Origin: Eledone cirrhosa
Taxonomy: Eukaryota
DNA: 64,000 nucleotides
Assembly: GCA_964016885.1 (NCBI GenBank)
Contig: OZ024743.1
Location: 196,168,001-196,232,000 of the forward strand
Direction: 5' to 3'
A program made the translations under genes and the position numbers. The notes beneath the pieces were generated by a model. It made no database searches, was not told where the DNA came from, and saw nothing but the letters and a program-made list of their open reading frames with translations. Shown here piece after piece: positions 12,317 through 28,080 of this stretch. Numbering within the stretch: the stretch's first letter is position 1; every line of letters starts with the position of its first letter.

Positions 12317-13124
12317 GGAGGGTGTATGTGTGCATGTGTTATTAGGTTCACACGATCGTTAATGCTTCAGATCCCTTCCTGGCGACTTATAGTTTCTTTG
12401 AGAAACAAATATTTTCTTTCACGCCAGACGCTTTGTCAGGCTGGATCTTTCTGAGATCTGAGGATGCTTGAGTCTATGGAATGTTCAACCACTTCCACGC
12501 TCATTTCACCAGCTGATTGTACGCTTTATTAATCAACTGGAATACTCATCGTTAAAACCAACGGAGGTCACTCTCAATGTTTACATATACATATATGAAA
12601 TAAATTAAAGTGGATTTCCATCGGTTTCGAAGATGAATATAGCTTTTTCAATTGACTGAACTTTCAATCTCTTGAAGCAGATTTTAGTGGTTGATTATTC
12701 CACGGCCTCTAGATAGATATAGATAAGATATTGTGAGTGGAATTGGATAGATGGAAACTGCATAGAAGCACCTCTGGTGGGTCTTACCTGTAATTCAAGG
12801 GACCATATTTGTTACACAGTCGGTGCCCGGCAGAATCAAGGAGGACAATCGTCGATGTATTTCGAACTCAATTGGTTCTGGTCAGGACGATCTCTCCCGC
12901 TTTTGCAACTGCCAGCTTTGAAAACAGGCGAAAATACATACCCTTTTCGTCTGTGTAATCAGGTGATTAAACTCATTTGCATATAAGGTGGCTGGACTTA
13001 TAATAGAATAAGATTAGAATTTAGCTTCGAACATAGCTGTATACAAATATGTATTTGAAAGCTTTCTAAATGTTTATTTATAAACACACCGTATTTCTTT
13101 AAAAATACGAAATTCAAATACATA

Positions 13125-13285
<161 letters not shown>

Positions 13286-13707
13286 CGAGTATGCGAGCAT
13301 ATGTACGCGTATGTACTGTGAACGTAGTGATAATTTATATTGTCTCACATATATGTTGATATATACTTTCTTCAGTTAACCATGTCAACAGCAGTTACCA
13401 TCTGATTACTGAAGTTAAGACAATCTTTCCAGACAGTTAGAAGAATGGGTAACCCAGACCACATTTAGCTACAATATATCATGCCTGACTGTGAACGTAA
13501 ACTATTCTAGCTGACAGATAACTGTCTAGAAAAAAAACAGCCGTATATAAGGTGTGCGTTAAATTTTGTCTTTCATACCAACAGAAAATAAATGTGGGAC
13601 AGTTATATATCGCACATAATAAACGGAAAAGAGGCAGAGATCACACGCAATAAATGTTGTGATTGTATAAACATTCACACACACGTATACACAACACAAC
13701 ACTAAGC

Positions 13708-13966
<259 letters not shown>

Positions 13967-14619
13967 TTGAGAAATGACTTATATCACTAGCAATTATCTT
14001 TTGCCAACAACTGTCATGTAAAAAGTCTCAATTCAGTTTGACATTTCAGTTTACTTTGAATCAACGTCTCGAAAGTAAATCTTTCTGAATATTGATCTTT
14101 TCCGTTATGGTGCCATAAGGATTTGTTGAAAACCATAAATATTCAAGAATCACCTCCAGGTCCCCAATGCTTAGTGGCAACACTATAATACGGTAGAGAA
14201 TGTTCTCTGACATTATCAGAAACCTGAAACATAATATGAAAAAGCATTTCTTATAAAGTCGTGGGTTACTGCTCATAACATTGAATGAGATTGGAGAAAA
14301 TCAAACGCTTTCGTTGAAGGTGCCAAAAGTTTGGAATAGAAGCTGGAGATGACAAGCCAATCTCAGTGACATTAGCATGGAATTAGAAATAGCTCATAGA
14401 GGATATTGAAATGACCTCCATCCTGATACAATTAAATGAAACTATTAAGAACGAGCATTCGCATGCTTTCTACATCGATCAATATTCTAAATGTTACAGT
14501 TTTCTATATGAAGAGGTACAAAAGCAATAACAGTTATTGAATGTATGGCAAGAAAATAGAAATATATTAAGCATACATTTATATATTTTCAGGCATGTAC
14601 ATACATACATGCCTTCAGA

Positions 14620-14835
14620 TACGCACACACATTCACACTCACACACACACACACATACACAGACACACAAACACACAAACCCACACATATATATATATAT
14701 GCATACACATATACATATATATATATATATACATACAAAATCACGCACACCCATATATATATGCATATAGTTGCTTGAATGTGTATATAGATATAGCTCT
14801 AGGCATAGAGTATATATATATATATATATATATGT

Positions 14836-14900
<65 letters not shown>

Positions 14901-14924
14901 TACATACATACATATATATATATA

Positions 14925-14971
<47 letters not shown>

Positions 14972-15049
14972 ACATATATATATATATATATATACATACA
15001 TGAATATATATATGTACATATATACATACATAAATATATATATATATAC

Positions 15050-15124
<75 letters not shown>

Positions 15125-15187
15125 TGTATATATATATGTGTGTGTATATAAATATATATATATATATATATAAATAAATATATATAT
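14620..15187. repeat. Compound (CA)n/(TA)n microsatellite
   Basis: Direct reading. It accounts for the IYIY ORFs here. Confidence 0.95.
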
Positions 15188-15358
15188 GTTAACCCTAATA
15201 TAAAGTAGTCCTGTCAATACAAGTAAAATAGAGCAGTGAAATCCTTTATTTTCTAGTGTATTATAGATGTATTTTTGTTTCAGATATTTATTAAAATATA
15301 TACTCCTCGGAACCAAGTGAATGAAATCTATTTTTTTTTTAAATAAAAGTACATGAAA

Positions 15359-15548
15359 ATAATTGTTTCTACTTTAGGTACAAGGCCAGCAAATACCCAG
15401 TACATTACTGGTACTTTATTTTATCGACCCCGCAAGGATGAAAGGCAAAGTTAACCTCGGCGGGATTTGAACTCAGACTGTAAAAGGACATAACTATGCT
15501 AGAAAGCATGGCGTCCAACCCTCTACCGATACTGCCAATTCACCGCCC
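15359..15548 (-). mobile_element. Nin-type tRNA SINE with probable target-site duplication
   Basis: Full head and core. taaaagtacatgaaaataat occurs on both sides (~15344 and ~15549). Confidence 0.88.
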
Positions 15549-15689
15549 TAAAAGTACATGAAAATAATGTGTTATATGTATGTATCTGTATATGTATTTA
15601 TATGCGTATGTATGTATTTATGTGTGTATGTATGTTATCTCTTTCTCTTAATTTCGAGTATATTTTTTTGACAAGGTTGTAAAAGAAAA

Positions 15690-16660
15690 GAAATTGTCAT
15701 CCCTTGAACGCAAGAATTTTTTTCAAATTTTGAAGGTGCCAGCTATCGCAGCCATTTGTAGACTATGAATTAGGGAGCTGCGCTCTTTGTCCGCAAATCC
15801 AAGTTCAGTCATACTTTGGTCCAAACGGGTTGGTATATAACCCGTAGCTCCAATAATGATGGGTATGAAGCTAAAGGTGTATCTTGGATACTGGATTTGC
15901 AAACTCCTCATCAATGGTCCGTAGATGTCCTCCTTCTCCTGTATTTTTCTGACAACGTTTACATCAAGTGGGCAGCTGATCTCTACAACAGAACACGTTT
16001 TCAATATGTGGTCCCAAACAACAATATCAGGTTGTGCTTTAATTTGGTGGCAGTTTTCATTTTCAGGTTCCACCAGTATTCCTTAGTGCCATCTGTCTCA
16101 ATATATTCTTCCTCGTTTGTTGTTAATTGTGTTTTCCGAAGTGCGTTCCAGATGGTTCTAGATATCCCATCGTATCTCATGGGAGGTAGTAGCGAGATGA
16201 CATTCTTTCGCAGCTGGCAACAATGTGGCTTACATCCTCGATCTTTGTTTTACATAGCCTACATTTATTGTCAGCTGATGGCCCTCCCCTTTTGTGCAGC
16301 AGATATTTGGTAGGGAGTTCTTGTTCCTGTATTGCATAGAGATATCCCTCAAGGTGTGATGTCATAAACTTGTCGGAACTCCATGCCAGGCTTTTTGAGT
16401 GGTTTATCCCCTCTATGGTCTGTGTTTTACGTCTCAAGTATCCATGCACAACTTTTTCTGTAAATTGATCAATTTTTTCATCTTGTTTGAACATTGAATA
16501 GGATCTTCTGATTTCTCTGGGTGAGAGATTTATATCAGGCTTTATTCCATATCTCTCCTCCAGATCAGTGGCTATTCTAATGATATTTTTTTTCATGCTC
16601 ATAAACCTGGTCAAGATTGTTGCCAACCTTTTTCTTCTGTTGAAGGTGTTGCTTCAGTGT
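15690..16660 (-). mobile_element. 3' fragment of an R4/Dong-like non-LTR retrotransposon (CCHC knuckle + restriction-like endonuclease), disrupted
   Basis: AIQEQEL.TKY, CRLCKTKIEDVSHIVASC, RYYLP.RYD, QPDIVVWD..VVEISCP, PIIIGATG. Confidence 0.85.
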
Positions 16661-17766
16661 TACTATGTATGTATTTATGTGTGTATGTATGTATTTATTT
16701 ATGTATGTAGATATGTATGTGTGTGTGTTAATGTATGTATGTCTGTATGTATCTATGTGTGTGAAAATGTATGTATGTATGTGTGTGAGAATGTTCTTCT
16801 GATTTTATAAATGTTCACCAATAGAGAGAGTGTCGGTTTCTATCGTAAAAAGAAGCCTTTCATTGGAATTTAGATAACATCAAATAGGTAAATGCCTATG
16901 TATGTATTTATGTATTTATGCGTTTGTGTGTATGTGTTTGAGTGTGAATATATATATAAGTATGTATGTATATTCTCTTGGTTTTATAATTTTATAAATA
17001 TTTACCAATAGAAAGAGTTCTAACATGGATACATTGGAATGTAGACCACATGAACAGTGTAGATAAGTATGCATGCCTTTATGTGTGTTATTGTGTATGT
17101 GGATGTGGATGTTATTGTATATGTGGATGTGTATATGTGGATAAGTGCGCATGCCTGTTTGGATGTTATTGTATATGTGGATGTGTATGTTTTGAATTAT
17201 ATGTGTACATATGTTTTGTATCTGTGCATGTGTATATTCAGTTATTACATGCAGAATTTTTAGAATGTTTTAGATATTTATACTGATCCATTAATGGGTT
17301 GTACTTGTAACATGTTAACTAGTGTTTTTTCTGTTTCTGTGAAGCCCGGATTTCATCTATCGTCCAATCTGTTTCATTCGTAAGAAATCATAAAGAAAGT
17401 CTTGGTGATTTCTTCTGAATGAAACAGTTCTAGTCTTGAAGAAATCGTTTCGATAATATAATATATATACCTATACTCAACGCATTGAGTAACATTTTTT
17501 ACTGTGGTCACTTCCCGATATAAAGCTAAAATCTACCTATATATATATAATTTGAAATTATATCAACCCCATTGCAGATTATTGGTTCAATTCCTGTAGG
17601 CATATCTGTCCACTTTCCTTTATGTATAGTTATCAAATATTGCTTAATTCGACTCCAAAATTTGTTGGATTTGAACTCAGGATGCAGTGCGTCCAAAAAC
17701 ATACTTCTGTAACATCATCTGTGCCAACTGCTGTGTGTAAATATAAATCTATATATCTCTATATAT

Positions 17767-17838
<72 letters not shown>

Positions 17839-20399
17839 CGGTGTGTGTATGTCTGTGTGTGCGCGAGTGCACGTGTATGTGTGTGTGTATGTGTATGCGT
17901 GTGGAAATGCATTCTATGAGTTAAGTAACTGATATACTATATAATATATATTTGTTTTCATCAAACTTAAAACTATGAAATCAATATTGATTCCTGTGGG
18001 ATTTGAACTCTGAAGTGTGAGATACCAACTAAATATATTTTAATGTTTGCGTACAGTAAACATGGTTTTCTAGTACTAGAAATAGCATCACAAGCTGCAC
18101 ATGCAATACTGCCTAAAGCAATAGGACTTGTTAAGAAACATTTTCATCATTCCTTTTCCTCAAGCGACTAAAACCAAATAATTCTATATGTATTACTACT
18201 ACTTGTATATTTAATGTCTAAATGCGAGTTTCTTTATCTATGTATTTTCTCCGTGAAACTTTGAGAATTTAGTTCAAGATTCTAATATTGTAAGGCTAAC
18301 AATCGTAGTAGACTGGTAGAACCGTAGTGCTTTTAACAGTATGCCCTGTAACATTTAGTTGTCTTGTTAGTTTCTGAGTTTCAAATCCCATTGCAGTAAA
18401 CTTTGACTTTCGGTATCAATAAAGGAGTGCCACTAGCATCGGGCTCTTTGAATATATCCTGTCAACATATTTTTGCTTTTCTATTTATGTTACAATCAAT
18501 ATTATACTGCAAATTCATTACAGCAAGCAACCAGACCGCTGGGCCTATGATGAAGCTTTGATACTAATATTTAATAAAGAAACTAATGTAACAATCATCT
18601 ATACTAGCAGTGTTTACTTGTGTAATATGGGGTTGAATTATTTCCATGCTGCAAACGTTAAATTTCTAATTGAACCTTTATATTGGCACACCGACGTAGG
18701 TTGAAATTGTTTCAAGAAAATTACTGGTATTTCAGTTATCGACTGAAGGGGTATAAAGATAAAATGGCAATACATTTTTTTCAAAGTGGAATAGATGATA
18801 ATTGTGATAGATGTTTTTTGTCATTTACTATACATTCACATATTTCAAACACATGATATTGGCACAATTGTTAGAGAATCAAATAGAATATTTTGTAATT
18901 TCTGAGGCCTGAGTTCAAATATTAACGAGGTAAAATTTGTCTTTCATCTTTCCGGGAACGAGAGAAATAATATCAATCAGATACCGAGGACCAAATCGTC
19001 TCCCTCTTTTCATCTTAATCGGTAGTTTTGAGCTGTAAGAAGCACCGCTTTCTCCAGAAATGGAGAAGTGCTCAGCGTGTGGCTAGCAGTCACTTCTCGC
19101 AAAAAATATTGCATCCATCTATGTATACTCAGTGTACAGCAGAGCACAAAAAGTAAATAAAACAACAACGAAAACTGTTGAAAGAGAAGGTATGGAGCAA
19201 CTGTTATCATCTCCGCTTGATATATTTTCAAATAACTTTCTCCCTGTTGTTAAGAAAGGACAATTACTGAAAGCAGTGAACTATCATTTTTATAAATGTT
19301 CAGATTAAATGTTCATATGCTCTGCTACATAGGATTTAATGAAGGTTTGAGTTACGTACTATGCAACTAAGAAACACAAATAATTTAGGAGTGTAAAATA
19401 AAAGCCTCGACTTTGGTTGCATTAGCATAACGAAAGCAAGTTTAATCAATTCTTGATAGGTTTAATCCTTACTATACAACTGAAATAAACGTAACCAATG
19501 CCGTGTTAATATTTCTGAATGAGAAATAAATGAAGCTAATAGAACTGAAATCGTTGGCGCAAGCAAAAAGAAAATTTCCTTTTACATAACCAAACTGTGG
19601 TAAACTACTTTACTGTATTTCGCAGAAAATAGTCAATGTTTATGATCGGTTTTTATTTCTTTTATTTTTCACGAACAATATTTATGTTAGAGCAATAATA
19701 TTTCATTTCAGTGTATGTGTATTACCCATCTATGAGCTAATATCCTAAAAGAAGTTCATCCTGTTGCGTGCATAATTCCAACAACATACTATATCTCAAG
19801 TTGGCATCAGAGGTTGGTTTTTACTTTAAACACCTGTAAGAAACTCGTATTTACTAAAATGTTATGCTACTAGATGATTTTAGTTATTTGGATGTTTTCA
19901 TTCTCTAAAAGTAATTCATCCGAATTAAGGAGTGACTGTATCTTCACAGTTCCATTTCCTCTAAGCGACATATTGCATTATCTAGGTTTCAAGGAAAATA
20001 TGCTACGCAAAACTTAGTCAGCTATATAACATAATAGCATTTCCTTTTTATTTTTCTACGTTTGATTATAATTTGTGTCATCCTTAAAGTAGTGTGATGT
20101 GCTTAGTGGGTTCTTTGCAGGTGTTAAGTAATATATAAAGTTAGGTTAGAGTTGATTAACTATTAAGTGAAACCTACCTACAACAATGATTATTTTCGTT
20201 TCACTTGTTAATGAAGCTTTAAACTTTTATTTATTTATTATTATTTTCTTCTTTTTTTGTGGGGGGTACAAAGTAATTGTTTTGTATTCCGTGCAAAAAT
20301 TCTGTAACTAGTGGTTACTCAGATAATTTTGAAATTTTGACTGATAGAGAAAATAATATAAAACATTTTCAGTTAACCTCCTCCTCCTCTTTTTTTTCT

Positions 20400-20400
<1 letters not shown>

Positions 20401-20456
<56 letters not shown>

Positions 20457-20536
20457 CAGCAGTAGCAGCAGCAGCAGCCGTAGTACTATCAGCAGAAGCA
20501 GCAGTAGTAGTAGCAGTAGTAGTAGTAGTAGTAGTC
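20401..20536. repeat. (AGT)n/(AGC)n trinucleotide repeat
   Basis: Direct reading. Confidence 0.95.
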
Positions 20537-20602
20537 TTAGCAGTCATCTTTTCTCACGGCTTAAAGAAACTTAGTCATAACCGACACCCTTACTGAATAA
20601 TG

Positions 20603-22894
20603 ATTTCATTTATTGGCGACAAGGGCCGACATATAGGGGACAATACAAAAGACTGGGACAGTGGGGTTTTACAGAAAAATCAAGTAAACAATATGAATAA
20701 CAATAACAAAGTGACAATAAAAATACAAGAAAAATTCCCTAATAGGGGGATGACCACCCAGGGTTCGCTCAGGTACCCCACCAATCCTGAACGACCCGAT
20801 GCTTCGAGAGCACCCTGGAAGGACACTCCTCTCCTCCTCAAATTTACCCACCTACAGGCGCATGACCAGAGTAGGCCCACTCACACGGGCAATTCTCGCC
20901 ACATTCACCCACCTTTCAGCAAATGTACTGGGGGGAGGGGGCAGCACTTCTCTCTCCACCCTCAACTTCCTTTCCAGGTGAAACTTGAAAAAGTTGATGA
21001 GGGAATGGCCGAAGAGAAAAGTGTCTGTCTTCAGTCCTTTCAACTTCGTCCACCATATAACCTCTTTCTCTACTGCCACTAGACAGAGGAAAATTGCCTG
21101 CCCTTCCTGGCCAAAAGAAGGCGGTGGGTCGATCTTCACTATGGCCTCGACCGATAGCCGGATCCGTTCTACACGCGACAACAGCTGTTCGACATAACTC
21201 CACAAGTCAGTAATGCACGGACACTGGACGAGTGCGTGCAGAACGGTTTCGTCGCTCTGCGCGCATCTCGGGCAGGTCCGTCTGACAACACTTCCGTGCC
21301 TGTGGAGTTTATCTCGAACCGGCAGTGCCCCCCCCCCCCCCCCAGTAGCACTGCCAAGCGAGGGATTTTTGGAAATTATCCATCATCCCCGGCACGAAAG
21401 TTCTCCGGTACAGACTGGTTAGTTTGACTTCGTTGACTCCCAGAGCCTCTCCGAGTGCGTTGTCGCACTTTCCCACCACTAATCCTCTATAGAACTCGGG
21501 AGTGGAAGTTCCACTGACCGCATTGCCCGCCTGGTAGAGGGCAGTGAGTGCCTGGCAACATTCCAGATGCCAGTCACCCAGTCTCGAACTCTTCTTGACC
21601 CAGGACTGCTGCTCAGTCAAAGAGACGAGCTGCGGAAAGGCCGTCTGACAAATGGCGACCACACCTGTTCACCGTTTAGGCAGAATATCTGGAGATGCCG
21701 CAGCCTCAGCGCGTGTCTGTGCATCATTAGCCACGACATGCTCAGTCCTCCACGTAGAGGGTGCTGGCAGCAGATGGACCGCCTCACCAGCGGAACCTGA
21801 CCCTCCACAAGAATTTGAAGAGGAGCCGCTCCAAGATAGCGAGGCGCGGACGGAGGCAAGGGACGACAGTCAGACGGTAGTAAATGACGGACGCGATGTA
21901 CGCGTTCGCCACCTCCGCCCGACCTTTCAGTGATAGCTTTCTCGCAGCCCATTTCTGGGTGAGACTGGCTACCCTCCCCGTCACCTCGTCCAAATTCTTA
22001 TCCACCTGGAAGTCTGGCCCGAACGAAACCCGAGCAACTTTACCGGTCCGTCCGTCCAGCGCCTAACGATGCTGTTGGACGGCATGAACTTGCCTCTCCA
22101 GGTGCCGAGTTGCAAGCCCACCGACTTTTCCGGGTTAAGTTTGGCTCCCGTCAACCTTTCATATTCCTCCAATAAGTTGCCAACCACCTCGATTTCTGAG
22201 GTGTCCGACACCATCACGGTGATGTCGTCCGCATAAACCGACACAGCCTTTCCGCGCCCCGGCTCGAGCGGGATGCCCTGCAACAGCTCCAGCTTCCGCA
22301 GTAAAGGCTCTAGAGTCAATACGTACAGAAGGGAGGCGAGAGGGCACCCTTGACGGACCGATCGGGAGACCTGAAACGGTTCCGAGAGGTGGCCATTAAT
22401 TTTGACCACCGAGCAGGTGCCACTCTGCATTGCAGCGATCCAGCTTCTGAAGACGGGGCCGAAGCCAGCCGCCTTGAGGACAGCCTCCAGGTACCGATGG
22501 TCGACCCTATCGAATGCTTTCTATTGATCTAAATTGATCAGAGCCCCACCGAAGCCAGGTTTACACCCTACCCTCTCTATGATGTATCGCATCAGGTGGA
22601 GGTTGTCGTGTATGGACCTGGTTGGGATTGCGCATGTTTGCGCCTCCCCAACTAAATCCCCGACGACAAGCGCCAACCTCTTCGCTAACACCCTGGCCAA
22701 AATCAAAAATTCTGTGTTGAGCAGAGTTATGGGCCTGAAATTGCCTAATGTGTCCTTCTTGTTCTCGTATTTCCTTATCAGCGTCACTACGCCCGGCTCA
22801 CAGAACTGGGAATGCTCCCGTTCTGCTGCCAGTTGCAGTAGAGCGCTTCGAGGAGATTGGAGAACAAGTCTGGCATATTTACGTAAAGCTCGTA
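20603..22894 (-). mobile_element. 5'-truncated Tx1/L1-clade LINE (RT + zf-RVT), multiple frameshifts, probable TSD
   Basis: NFRPITLLNTE, LINLDQ*KAFDRV, SVRQGCPLA, SVYADD. tact(g/a)aataatg flanks at 20591-20602 and 22899-22910. Confidence 0.92.
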
Positions 22895-23791
22895 CTGTTA
22901 CTAAATAATGGTATTATGTTCCACAAAACATTTCCAATAAAAAAGAATTTGAACTCATTCTAATTCAAATTGAATCAGATATTTTAGTTCAAATGTCCAT
23001 TACTGGCTGTCATAGGTGATATGACATTACTGAAATTCTCTGTCTAATATATTCTATAAAAATATTTCTATCTCTTACTTTCAGCAATATACATATTTTA
23101 TGACAATATTTGGATCTTATACCAAAAGTGCGGATGATTTCCTGGAAACGTTTTAGTCTTTACAAAAGATAATATTAACCTATTCTTAAAACATCCTTTA
23201 TCCTCCAGCGTATAATTGTAGCCATCTTGAAAGACTATTGAAGCCTTAAAAATCTTCCTACTTTCTAGCCAATATATTTATCGCATTCTATAATGCAGGA
23301 AAGTATTTTAAGATTTCTATTACTTCTAATGGTTGCTCTCTTTTAACAAGACAAACATTTTGGCTATTAAAAATGCACACACCATTTTTATTACTGTAGT
23401 ATTTCCAAGTTAAGCTAACAATTGACAATAATTTAGCCGCAATCAATAGACCTGAAAATGGCTCCTTTCCCAAATTTTATACCACACTGAATATATTGTA
23501 AAGCAAATATACACAGGATATAAAAACTATTGCATGGAACACAGTATATAAGGAAATGCATCGTAGATGAAAACGAATGAAGTTAATCAACTGAAGTTAA
23601 GCCAATAGTAGTTCCACAGAGGTTCTGTTAAATTGAAAATGGCACTGGAAATAGTTGATGCACGCCATTCATAATATATTGAATAGAATATATAATACAG
23701 AAAATATGTTCTATTTTTTTCTAGTTGTTTATAGTTTCTCTGTTAATATCTTTACAATAATTGTTCCAGAACTTCCTGAGAGGCAAGGTTA

Positions 23792-23851
<60 letters not shown>

Positions 23852-25149
23852 AAATGATTTGATCCTTCTTATAAATTGCTACCTCGTTTTTTAAGCACGC
23901 TTGATTAAAAACTAATCTAAAAGAGTGAAATTGTGTAATCGCAGCGATATAATTCTTAATAATTAGTTTATGTTTTTCACATAAGAAGTCACCTATCTTT
24001 TATACACAAATACGTACATATAAGTATATATACATATATATGTGTATGTATATATGTATATGTGTGTGTGGGGGAGTCTGTCTGTGTGCATGTGTATGTG
24101 AGGGTATGTGTATGAGTGAATGACGGTTTTATCGTTACTGTTAGTATTATAAGACAAGGTAACTAGTTTCAACTGTTCTAGCCGAATTCATGAACTTGAT
24201 TCGCAATGATCTTAATTAAAATCTATGTTCTAGCTACACCTTCACTTTTTATGAATATACGGGTTATTGTTGTGGTTATTATGTTGTTTTTGTTGTTGTT
24301 ATTGTTATTGTTGTTGTTGTTGTTGTTCCTGTTCTTGTTGGAGCAGAATTATCATCAAAAAGTGTTCACTTAGTAACCAACGGTCTTTCTTCAAACGTAA
24401 TGTGTCTACAATTATAATATCAAATATGACCTTCACCATTTTATGACGATTAGGTATCATTTGAAATAGATTTGCCTGCATTTTTAACATGTCGCGTGAC
24501 AGCATAAAGGATCCTTCCTTTCCTGGCACTAATATAGGTTAAATGCAACGGCTGTTACAGCTTATTGCATCATCTCCCTCTTTTATCTTACTCTCTTAGA
24601 TTATCTATCTATCTATCCATTTCTCTCTCTCTCTCTCTCTATCTCTCCCTCTATCTCTCTTTCTCTCTATCTCTCTCTTTCTCTCTCTCTTCTCTCTCTT
24701 TCTGTATATATATATATATAAATATATATAAGTAGTGTATCGAGTTTGGTACGTCCTTGCTATGATATCGCAAGTCCCTTGTGATGATATACAGACATAA
24801 TTTTAATTGCTTTATCTTGGCAAGCGTAATGTCTGGTATGTGTAGATGAAACGATATACTGGGTGGGAAGTTCATTCTCTTCCTAGTACCTTTACTGACG
24901 TAAGTACAGTAAAATAGCTACAGTCAGAAAGCGAAACTGGATTCCTTATCCAATATCTATTTTCAGTTGTATGTCTTTAGTTGAATCTCTCAATTTTTCA
25001 GTTTTCTTACGTCTATAACATTCTGAATAAAGACATGGCAGTCATTGTATTTTGTCTAGAATGTCTTTTGTTTTATGTTCGTTTTTTATATGTCTGGAGA
25101 TAGGGGCTATGTCCGTGACCTTTGCAAATCCTCTGAGATCGATGAGATT

Positions 25150-25790
25150 GCTGTTGATGTTTCGTATAAATTGTTCCGTGTGGATCTCTGCTGGAATGAC
25201 ATATGTAGGGGACCAATTCCAGATGCACATCATGCAGGGGAAGAAGTAGTGGTCGTTGTGGTTAGTGTGGAGTATGGGTGGTTAGACACAATATGGGTGA
25301 TGAGAAGCAAAGAGATGAGTAAGGTTGGAGTGCCCTAGGTTCGCCAGGTCTCTGGCGCAGAGACCATTGTATTAGCGGTAGAAAATACAGTGAGAGGAAA
25401 CAGAACATCTATAGGCCAATGTTCGGTGAGTATCAGTCAAAGATGCTATGACCATTAAATGAATAACCTTTTTCTGGATACAGTCTCTAGGATATGTATC
25501 TGTGTGTGTGGCAGCAGCAGCGTCCCAAATGGGGAAGGAGCACTTCATTGTGGGTCTCACTTGACTGTAGAATTTAAGAAGCTGTTTAGGGTTGAAATAC
25601 TTTCTGGTTCTGAAACGAAGAACCAGTGTTATAGATACAGTTTTAGTTATGTTGAGGATGTATGTTCGCTATAAGAGATTATCAGGGATAGTAAGGCCTA
25701 GCATTTGGAACAAACACGTGGGATATAACTGTATGTTGGTCACGATAGTTACAGCTTCTATTTCATTCTACATTAGTATCGATAAATCAG
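25150..25790 (-). mobile_element. Degenerate CR1/Jockey-group LINE RT C-terminal fragment
   Basis: RKYFNPKQLLKFY-SQVRPTMKCSFPIWD..IQKKVI..IFYR resembles the LYKxQVRPxxEY..W..IQ..A..LFYRY tail of these RTs. Confidence 0.6.
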
Positions 25791-27450
25791 TATAGATAAT
25801 CATCCATTGAGGAATACAACCAAGTAGAAAAGCAAGATATTTTATATGTAGCTGTATTCCCCTGTTGTTAGATAGTTTATTCAACCCACGGCTTTTTTAT
25901 GTTTAATATAATAAAAGAGAAGGGCATTTCCCTCATATTGTTAAGCTCTTTCGATTCTATGTTGTAGTTATTCATTTGCGTCACTAAAGATTTCACAAAA
26001 TTTATGGAAATTACACTAATCTCGTCCCTGAAATTTATAAAGAGTTTGAGTTTACTGGAAATAAATCAATATTTTCATATCATATTTTACAGCTTATTTT
26101 TCACTAAAACAAAATAAATTTCTCCGTATGTTCCACCTACCTTCACCAGCCACCTCCTTACCCTTTCAATCTACTTTGTGTGTCTACATGTTCATGTTAG
26201 CAGCCATTTATAGTTTCATACCTTTTTTTTTAATCACTTAACTTAGAACCATTAATCCAAGCTAGTCTATTATTTGGTGTTATTTTCCCATTAGTTTAAT
26301 CTTGACGAATAGGAAAACTTCAGTTCTTCACTAGATTTAAATAGAACAGGTTATCAATAAGTGACGGAAAAGATTCAATTAAAATCCGATTTATAAATCA
26401 CACCTTCCCACTCTGGTCATGAATTCAAGCTGTGATTAATGCAAAACAAGTCGGAATTGCATCAAAGCTACAGTTGATCTCTTTCAGCGTGCCTTCTATA
26501 GTTAATTGGCAGAACATTGAAGGACGAGAAAGACTGATAGAAAACAAGCATTAAATAATGCCGAATAACAACCAAACCAAATTGAAAAAGACTCAATTCA
26601 TGAAATCAATTTCGTGTTTTCTTAAGCAATGTGTGACAAAGCATTGAAAAACAAATTCCAGCGGGATTCTATAAAAGCACCTCGGCTTCTATGCTGTGCA
26701 TGTATTCATTCTATCTAGTTCTAAACAGATGATAAACTATTTGTTTACTATTGTAGTGAAATGATACTGTAAGCAAGTTAGTTGTTGTAATTCTGCGTTA
26801 ACGTGAATGCAGTTCGCACCGATTCCTATGCTTTATTTCTATGTTCTTATATATTTTATTTCATTATTTTTATTCATTTTTTTTTTTTTTAGAAAACGCT
26901 GAGCTTGAAAATATGGAGGCCAAAAGCGATTGTAACTGGATTTAGATTCTTTTAGAAAAGGAAATAAATACAGAATAAAATTGCTGCATTGTCAGTGGAG
27001 AAGATTTTCTTGCTCGATAAAGCTTTAAAAGATTACATAAAATAAGGAAGAAAATAGCTATACCTCTTTAATGTATGTAAATGTTTTATGTGTGCCTAAT
27101 AGAGTATGCAGTTAAATGTGTAGGAATACAAGGAAATACACACATATACGCACTAACATATATGTATATACAATATGGGCATTGGTTATTTAGAAAACAG
27201 CTGTTCCGTATGGTACAAGGTTAGCGGCAAACCAAAAGAAAGACAACCACGCTTCTATTCTCGATGTAAACACTTTCTCTTCGTTTGTATTTATAATTAC
27301 TTTGGAAAAGACATGAATGTCAGAATGTCCTATTTCTCTACCTTTAAATACCTTTCTTCACAAATGCCTGTAGACATTCGTATATATGATATATATATAG
27401 AGATATATATATATATATATATAAAGATATATATACTGTATATATATATA

Positions 27451-27522
<72 letters not shown>

Positions 27523-27767
27523 CAATCCGTCCAATGACTTCGACAAAGGTTAGCGCCCATGGCTCCTTTTAGAGCCTCTGAGACTGGTTGGAAGAAAATA
27601 CTTATTTATCCTCAGATTCGATATCTGCTTGAATGCTTATAAAGTGAAATCCGCTATAAGGCATTCATGGTCCACGTGGTGATGTTAAGCCACGTCACTT
27701 ATTAATAGTTCAGCTTATATTCCACTGTTCTCTATACAAGATATGTCTCACCTCTTCTGGAGTTTCA

Positions 27768-27810
<43 letters not shown>

Positions 27811-27896
27811 TTCTCTCTCTCTCTCTCTCTTACTCTCTCTCTCTCTCACACATATCCTCTTGCCCTCTCTCCTTTTCTTTACTATCCTTCTCTCAT

Positions 27897-28080
27897 TTGG
27901 CAGTATCGGTAGAGAGTCGGACACCATGCTTTGAAGCATAGAGTTACGTCCCTTTATGATCTGAGTTCAAATCCCGCCGAGGTTAACTTTGCCTTTCATC
28001 CTTATGGGGTCGATAAAATAAAGTACCAGTAATGCACTGGGTAATTGCTGGCCTTGTGCCAAAAAGTAGAAACAATTATT
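27897..28080 (+). mobile_element. Nin-type tRNA SINE
   Basis: A box, B box, Nin core and standard 3' end. Confidence 0.88.

Noticed and set aside
19057-19189. Possible host exon (ctttctccag...aag|gtatgg)
   Set aside because: Stops occur in all three frames before the donor and no protein similarity is recognisable.
26892-26930. Possible 39-nt micro-exon after a poly-T acceptor
   Set aside because: Weak donor and no other exons or homology. RNA-seq would be needed.
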